A DNA stretch of 64,000 bases from Eledone cirrhosa (Eukaryota). Shown here in pieces: positions 54,676-64,000 of the stretch. Where the stretch lies: assembly GCA_964016885.1 (NCBI GenBank), contig OZ024750.1, positions 47,492,001-47,556,000 on the forward strand, written 5' to 3'. Made by a program: the position numbers and the translations under genes. The notes beneath the pieces were generated by a model. The model saw only the letters and a program-made list of their open reading frames with translations. It searched no databases and was not told the DNA's origin. How positions within the stretch are numbered: the stretch's first letter is position 1; each line of letters opens with the position of its first letter.

Positions 54676-55178
54676 GAAAAATAAAAGCAAAGAAGGGGGT
54701 GATAGAGAAGAAAAGAAAAGATAGCCAAGAAGGGGAGGGAATGAAGGAAGAAAACGAAGAAATAGAAGAGGAATGAGGAAGAAGACGGGGATATATGTAT
54801 TGGTTTTGTGGGTAAGTAAAGGGTTTAGATACAACAAGAGGGTATAAAGTCTAAGTATATGCAGTTTGTCAGTTGGTAGTAAGAGGTTAAGGGTTCGATT
54901 TGTAGTGCGAAAACTTCTCTTTGAGTCTATGGTTACAATAAATTGATCTCTCGATTTTATTGTTAAGTAACCTATTCTTCGAACTTAAGATTTGGAACAG
55001 CTCAAGGTCGCATAATCGACAGCTTCTCATACCACTCCGATAAGGGGGCGCGTTCGATAATTGTTTCCACTTCAGGGTGTATTCATGGTTACTTTCCCTC
55101 AGTTGTCAGGTCTTGTTTGCAAGGGTAGCTACATAACGGTGCTGGGAACGTTTAATTGCGCAAAAACTGGATCACTAT
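54676..55178 (-). pseudogene. Penelope-like GIY-YIG C-terminus (54887-55159) plus UTR, paralogue of 5906-6840
   Basis: ATLANKT*QLRESNHEYTLKWKQLSNAPPYRSGMRSCRLCDLELFQILSSKNRLLNNKIERSIYCNHRLKEKF. Confidence 0.85.
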
Positions 55179-55201
55179 AAGCAATTTTTTGCTTCTCTAA
55201 C

Positions 55202-57412
<2,211 letters not shown>

Positions 57413-58842
57413 ATGTGTGTGTGTGTGTCTGTGCGCGCGCGTGTGTGTGTGTTTGTGTGTGTGTGTCTGATTGTGTGTGTATGTGTTTGCATGTGTGTAG
57501 TTATTATTTGATTTCTACATAACATATAAATATACAATATTAAGTGTAAGTCTGTGTGTAGGGATTTAGAAGGCGGTTGGCTATTACTATTTAAATAACA
57601 TGAAAGAAAACTTGTATATCTATTCAGGAAACTTTCGAAGTAAATCATCTAAATACGTAGGTTTCCGCATTTTATTTTGTTCTTTTTAATGCGTCTGATG
57701 ATGTCAGAGATGAGATCTGGAGACAGGCCATAAAAACAAAACTACCGGCAATAAAAGTAAATCCATAAAGGATAAATAGATGTTAATAAAAAGAAATTTG
57801 TTAACGATTAGATATATTTGTCAGTGTCCAACGCCCACCTTCCCGTCATTCGATCTCCCTCGCCATTGCTATTCATGCAAAACGAAGTAGTGATTATTAA
57901 TGATCGAACTCCTGGGGATGGGTCTTCGGACTCAAAACGACAGTTAACGTCAACATTTTGATTACTTCTCGTGACGAGATACACGGTATTGATTTTTTCG
58001 TTAAGCACAGAGGAATGGAAATTTAAATCAACCATGCCAATGCGAACTGTAGGCGGGGCGGCTGTTGTTCTTGTCAGTTATAAAAGCTTACGCTGTGATT
58101 GATTATATGTTAAAAATTGGGATGTTAAAGAAGATGAGATTCTGCCTAGATTTTGTTATTTCTAAACATATTTCGAACGCAAACGCAACCATTGAAGCAG
58201 TAACGAAGCCATATGTGACACACGTTTCACCTCCTGGTGTTATCGACTTTGTCTCTGTCAAACACTATTTATGACTGGAACGCTAATTAAAAATTTAACA
58301 GCTTAGAACCCAGGTGGTGTTGAATCGCTTAACACACAGCAGGGAACCGTAGCGTATATCCGCAATGCCATTTGTAGTTCCATATTCCTTAACGTATTAG
58401 TTAAAACTCTCGATAACATTAAATGTGAGGAATAGAATTGTTCGAATCGTGAAATCAGGCAAAATCTTAATGTTCTCATTCGTTTTTCGGTGGTTGATAC
58501 TATCTGTTAGTTGTACCTCAGGGAAGGAGAATTTATATGAAGTCAGGATGGACAAAATCAAATTTGATGAAGCAAAGCTTTTTAACAATTCCGCTAATCC
58601 ACCGCCCAATGCCCTGTACTTTGTCGACCATTAATGTATGTAATCCAATGTGGACTGGAAACGTCTGAACTGAGAATATAATGAAAAAGGCTGAGTTCTC
58701 AACCTGCCAATCTAACAACTGTAAACCCCAACAGTAAACCTTATTTTATTTTCAACGTCAAATCGACAAGCGAAACGCCCCGTGGTGCTTAACCACAAAA
58801 TATCTCCAACTTACAAACTGGTTTCACGTTTGAATTTGCATC

Positions 58843-58892
<50 letters not shown>

Positions 58893-60954
58893 CTTTTTTA
58901 TAATACACTAGTTTTTTCATCAAAGCCATTTAGATAGCCACATATGCATTACACTTGCATGAGAAGCTTGCACGGGGGGTGCCGAACAAAATGTTGAACA
59001 TTATTTTACACAACTCCCTAACAATAATGCCAAAAATGCCCTCAGGACTGCTACATTATTTTATTAATTTTGACATATGTTCATACATTTTCCTTATATT
59101 TTATGATTTTGGATGATTATATGAATCATATTTAGTTTCCGTAATATAATGCCATCCTCCTTGACAGATATATATCTGGCTTGATAATTTAGTTATTTTG
59201 AAAAAGTTCCATGTGAACGGAATTGTTGATTATTGCTATTTCTCCTATTCCTGTTTGTTAAAAAAAAATATAATTGGGAAGAGATAAATAAGAAAATAGT
59301 TACACAAGTCTAACAAAAAACATATCAATCAATATGCAAATCAAGAATTTAATCTAACGGAAACAACCATTCAGTAATGACTTCCTAAATGGATGCTTTC
59401 ATGGAACTATGTCAGAAATAGATTGGCATCTCCCCCACGCCTCTATACTTTTCATGCTTCATCAGAAAATCTATATAAAGTATTTCTACCATTTCACTCA
59501 AACGTATCATATTTCTAGAACCTCCAATATCGGAAATAGTGACGGTTTAGTTTTGGAGTTCCCGAAGAACAGAATAATAAAACAGGGGAAATGCCCAATT
59601 CTTATGCATGAATGTATGTTAATGTACATTAATGACCGACTTGATGAAACGCCCACGTTAAGCAGCTTATTATCAATAGTTTGAATTTTTATCATCCGTC
59701 TTTTTCATACACACTAGACATTTCTGTAAATGTCATTTATGTTTCTTTCCTCTTTTAGAGTGATAGTTGAATGAATGTGAACTTTGAACGAATTTTGCAA
59801 CAGTGCATTTGAACTCTTGAGATATGTGTATTTAATGCTTGTCATCTCTGATATATGAATATATGAATGAATAATTACACATTGCTGTATAAATCAGATT
59901 TGTATTCTTCAATGTAGTTAGTTACGCCATATGATATCAACAATTATACCTTATATCATATCACATCGCCGTTGTATTGTATCATAGCATTGTATCTGAA
60001 AATTAATTATAATACATTCATAGGCTCTTATATACTGACTTCATGAAAAAAAAAAAAAAAATGACTTGTGCAGCAGAAATTCGAATCACCTTACGTCATA
60101 TCCATTTCTTTATAGTTCCGCAATTAAAACAAATTCCATTGATACACCATAGTTTATTCATTTGACTAGGACATTAGTCTAAACCTGACAATTGTTATTG
60201 ATGACATACATAATTAGAATTATGAGGAAATGCCAGAGAAATAATAATTATGATAATGTACTAGAATAACAGCGTTTATTTTGTTTCGTGTTTTGAAATG
60301 AGATAACACCCTACTGCAATATTGCTTCGCATCAAACTTCGTTCATTGTAATATCACAGGAAACCATTTTTTGTTTATAGACAGTGAGATTGCACCATTG
60401 GCCAAAGAGGATGTGTTTAGTCGTTTCTTGGATATAAATGTCGTATATAGCTGTGGTGGCGTTAAAGTCGATTACGCGATATTTCGTCTTCCCATCGATG
60501 GCAATTAATAGCAGTAACATTATAGAACTGATGATGTGCAGTTTAGTTTTAAGGATATTTTGCGCATGGTCTTAAGCTCATGTATTCGATCCCGAGATCT
60601 GGCGGATAAGTGCGTCCGTGAAGAAGCAAATTTCACGTTGTTCCGGTCAACTAGGCGAAAATGAATTAAACGATGTTGGTGTTGATCTTTACTGGCTATT
60701 GCCCTCCCGTTGGACAAAGTAGGTGGTGTAAAGAAGAGAAACTCTCATGCAGGCACACCAGCTCTCTCTCCACAAAACATATTGTAGAGACCATCCTATG
60801 TTCAGTCAGGCCTGGATGCATAACGTTTGGCCACTAATCTTACCCGAATTGGATGGGGTGTGGGAATATATATTGCACGGAAATATGAAATGTTGAGCTA
60901 CAGAGAATTCGGAATTTTTAGAAGTTAAATAACTCCAACCGGTAATCACTATAA

Positions 60955-61292
60955 ATAATTGTTTCTACTTTTGGCACAAGGCCAGCAATTACTCAGTGCA
61001 TTACCGGTTCTTTATTTTATCGACCCCGTAAGGGTGAAAGGCAAAGCTAACCAGGGCGGGATTTATAATCATTATAAATAATGATATGTTAATCAGTGTA
61101 AATAATTGCTTCTACTTTAGGCACAAGGCCAGCAATTACTCAACACATTACTGGTACTTTATTTTATCGACCCAGTAAGGATGGAAGGCAGAGTTAACCT
61201 TGGAGGGATTTGTACTCAGACCATAACGGGCCGTAACTCTTTGCTGCAAAGCATGGCGTCCGACTCTCTACTGATACTGCCAATCCACCGCT
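60955..61292 (-). mobile_element. Tandem SINEs (60955-61062 truncated; 61103-61292 full); a further stub at about 61417-61460
   Basis: Same family as 42819. Confidence 0.85.
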
Positions 61293-62638
61293 GTAATCAG
61301 TGTAAATAATGATATCAGGTTTAGTACAAATTCGAGGCATTGTTATATATTGACTTCGAGTGAAACACATTGATTATATATTTTCTATTTGCCGTTGTAA
61401 CAGTTTCACTATATATAATTGTTTCTACTTTAGGCACAATGCCAGCAATAACCCAGTGCATATAATAATAGACACTCAAGCAGGGCTGTGTTGGTAAGGA
61501 GGTTGCTTCCTAACAACTCAGCTGTCTAACGTACATGATCGACAAAGAAAAAACAAAGAGGTTGAATGAAAGGTACAAAACATGCCACATAAATATTGAT
61601 ATCGATATGCTCGACTCAATCAAGGTAATGTACCATTTTATCTGCATGGTCATGACTCAACCAAGAACAACATGGTTTCGAAACATATTCTTTAACACCA
61701 CGATAAACCGGAAATAGATTAGACGTCATACGGCATAAACACGTACATTGAACATCCTAATCATATATGAAGACAACGTAGAATGAAGAAATAAAGGCAC
61801 TTCATATTCGAACATGCTTTCAATAATACTAACATCGTATAAATCCAATAAATATCCCTACAAAAAAAAATTCAGTAATATAAATACAAAATGTTTATTC
61901 GTTTTTGTAGATATACGCAAATATTAAATATCGGAAGCCTACACTCATACATACACGAGCAGGAGCAACTCTACACAGTAAATGCAGTATCGATTATCAA
62001 ATAGATAGTAGAGAAATCTGTATAAATATGCAGACAAAATCAAACTCTAATTGGAGAGGATAGAATATATAATACAGGTCAAAACGATGAATTAGTTTTA
62101 TAAATCGATACGTAATAAATTAGAGTATTTGAGTCAAATTATGTTGTGCATGCATGACAAATTGCCAAATTTAATTTGCTTCAAAATTCTAAAATTGATT
62201 GACCTCAATTTAATTATGTCTATGTCATTTTATAGTTTCTCTTGTTATGTTTATATTTTATTCAAATAGATTCTAAGAAATATTCTCAGAAAAAAATTAT
62301 TTCTGGAAATAAGATACTATTTCTTTATCTCAATTATATAATTGACATAATAAATCATAGGTTACAAGAGATATATGTAAGTAGTAATAATTTACTAATG
62401 TATATATATATATATATATATATATAAAGATCAACCGTTTCAACAAATCAATATCATACTACTTACTTTAAACCACTGCATCTCTGCCTGGTTATCTGGT
62501 TATATGTATAGCAAATCTAATGAGACAACCAAACTTCACTGACGGACACTTAACCCATCTTTACTCTCATTGCATTTAAATCTATGCAACTTCCCACTAT
62601 GTGTTATGCTATCAGTCTCCGCAGATAATTACACATGT

Positions 62639-62641
<3 letters not shown>

Positions 62642-62709
<68 letters not shown>

Positions 62710-62710
62710 G

Positions 62711-62778
<68 letters not shown>

Positions 62779-62968
62779 TATATATATATATAGACATATA
62801 TATATATATAGACATATATATATATAGACATATATATAGAGACATATATATATATAGACATATATATATATAGACATATATATATATACACATATATATA
62901 TATAGACATATATATATATACGGACATATATATATATACGGACATATATATATATATATATATATATA
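62642..62968. repeat. (TA)n array interrupted by GAC
   Basis: tatagacatata units. Confidence 0.95.
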
Positions 62969-62972
62969 TTTT

Positions 62973-63395
62973 TTATTCAAAATGTTGATAAATGAAAATA
63001 TTCTCATAATCAAAATATATAATTTATTATACATATTTCAAAGGTACAATGGTGTTTAAGTACGTTTTCATCGGACAAAATATGAGATGTAATATGTGAC
63101 ATACCACTTTTCATTATTAAATTCCAGTATTGGCAGATACAGGAATTGAATAATCAAAACCGTAGTGGTATAGCACATATCAAATCTTATATTTTGTCTG
63201 ATGAAAACGTACTTAAACACCATTGTACCTTTGACATATGTATAATAAAATGTATATTTTGATTATGAGAATATCTTTCATTTATTAACATTTTGAATAA
63301 TATTAAATACTCCGGGAAAATTTGTTGTCGAGTCTTTCTAATCTATTGTAAAATTGTATTCTTTGATTAATCAACGAACCATATTAATCTTTGAT

Positions 63396-63397
<2 letters not shown>
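62973..63397. mobile_element. E-related foldback: arms 62973-63108 / 63164-63300, extension to about 63397; HHR at 63190-63252
   Basis: Each arm carries one core mutation (GACA in the right arm; CCGAUGA in the left), so the consensus of the two is an intact HHR. Confidence 0.8.
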
Positions 63398-63444
<47 letters not shown>

Positions 63445-63528
63445 CAAGATTTAGCGAGAATCCTATTTCGGCGGGCAGGAAAGGCGAAGGGAAACGCAAA
63501 AATCAGAAATGATATATATATATATAAA

Positions 63529-63586
<58 letters not shown>

Positions 63587-63724
63587 AAAGTTTTATTTAA
63601 AATTGTTGGGTTATATATATGCCAAAGTTTTATTTAAAATTGTTGACTACCGTAACAACTTTTTAAATGGAAGTTGTAAATTCTAAGGTATGTCAAATTT
63701 ATTTATAAAACTGTCTATATATTG

Positions 63725-63790
63725 TATTTTGTCTGAAGAGGGCATACCATATTTTTATTATGATATCCCTGAAATATATATAATGAAATG
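63725..63790 (+). ncRNA. Minimal hammerhead ribozyme (family E, arm 63645-63833)
   Basis: UAUUUUGU CUGAAGA GGGcAUAcCAUA..UAUGaUAUcCCU GAAA UAUAUA UA^AUGAAAUG. Confidence 0.75.
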
Positions 63791-64000
63791 AACATGGTTT
63801 TATAAATGTAGTTTCCATTTGTTTAATATCGTATATATATATATATATATATATATATTGGTAAACGGAAAAGAAAATGGTGACAAATTGTTCACAGTGA
63901 AAAATAGTTTAATTAGGAATAAGTGAGAATTAGTAATAGTATTAGTTAGTATTAAGTTTTGGTTAAACATACACACATATATATATATATATATATATAT

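Noticed and set aside
57686-57735. ctgatga followed by a small hairpin
   Set aside because: No GAAA core and no stem I partner

Overview
AT-rich, repeat-dominated eukaryotic DNA. The tRNA-derived SINEs resemble octopus SINEs as I recall them, so an octopod cephalopod is inferred but not verified. I could not support any host gene; the long IYIY ORFs are (TA)n artefacts. Recognisable content: (i) a head-to-tail array of four R4/Dong-type non-LTR retrotransposons joined by (TAA)n (29.3-37.3 kb); (ii) RTE-clade and CRE-clade LINE fragments; (iii) tandem tRNA-SINEs; (iv) large (TA)n arrays, each with its own interruption motif; (v) four decayed Penelope-like (PLE) GIY-YIG endonuclease fragments. 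The most striking feature is a dense population of short (0.05-0.85 kb) inserts sitting inside (TA)n tracts. Many are tail-outward fold-back palindromes, and most carry minimal type I hammerhead ribozyme (HHR) motifs. I folded these by eye and found covariation between copies: free N7, swapped stem II, U3-A8 core variants in three families, and palindromic stem III. In most two-armed inserts one arm stops at a family-specific internal point while the other carries an extra 3' extension. That geometry suggests a programmed twin-priming or two-template integration into TA microsatellites. Family labels A-H are my own.
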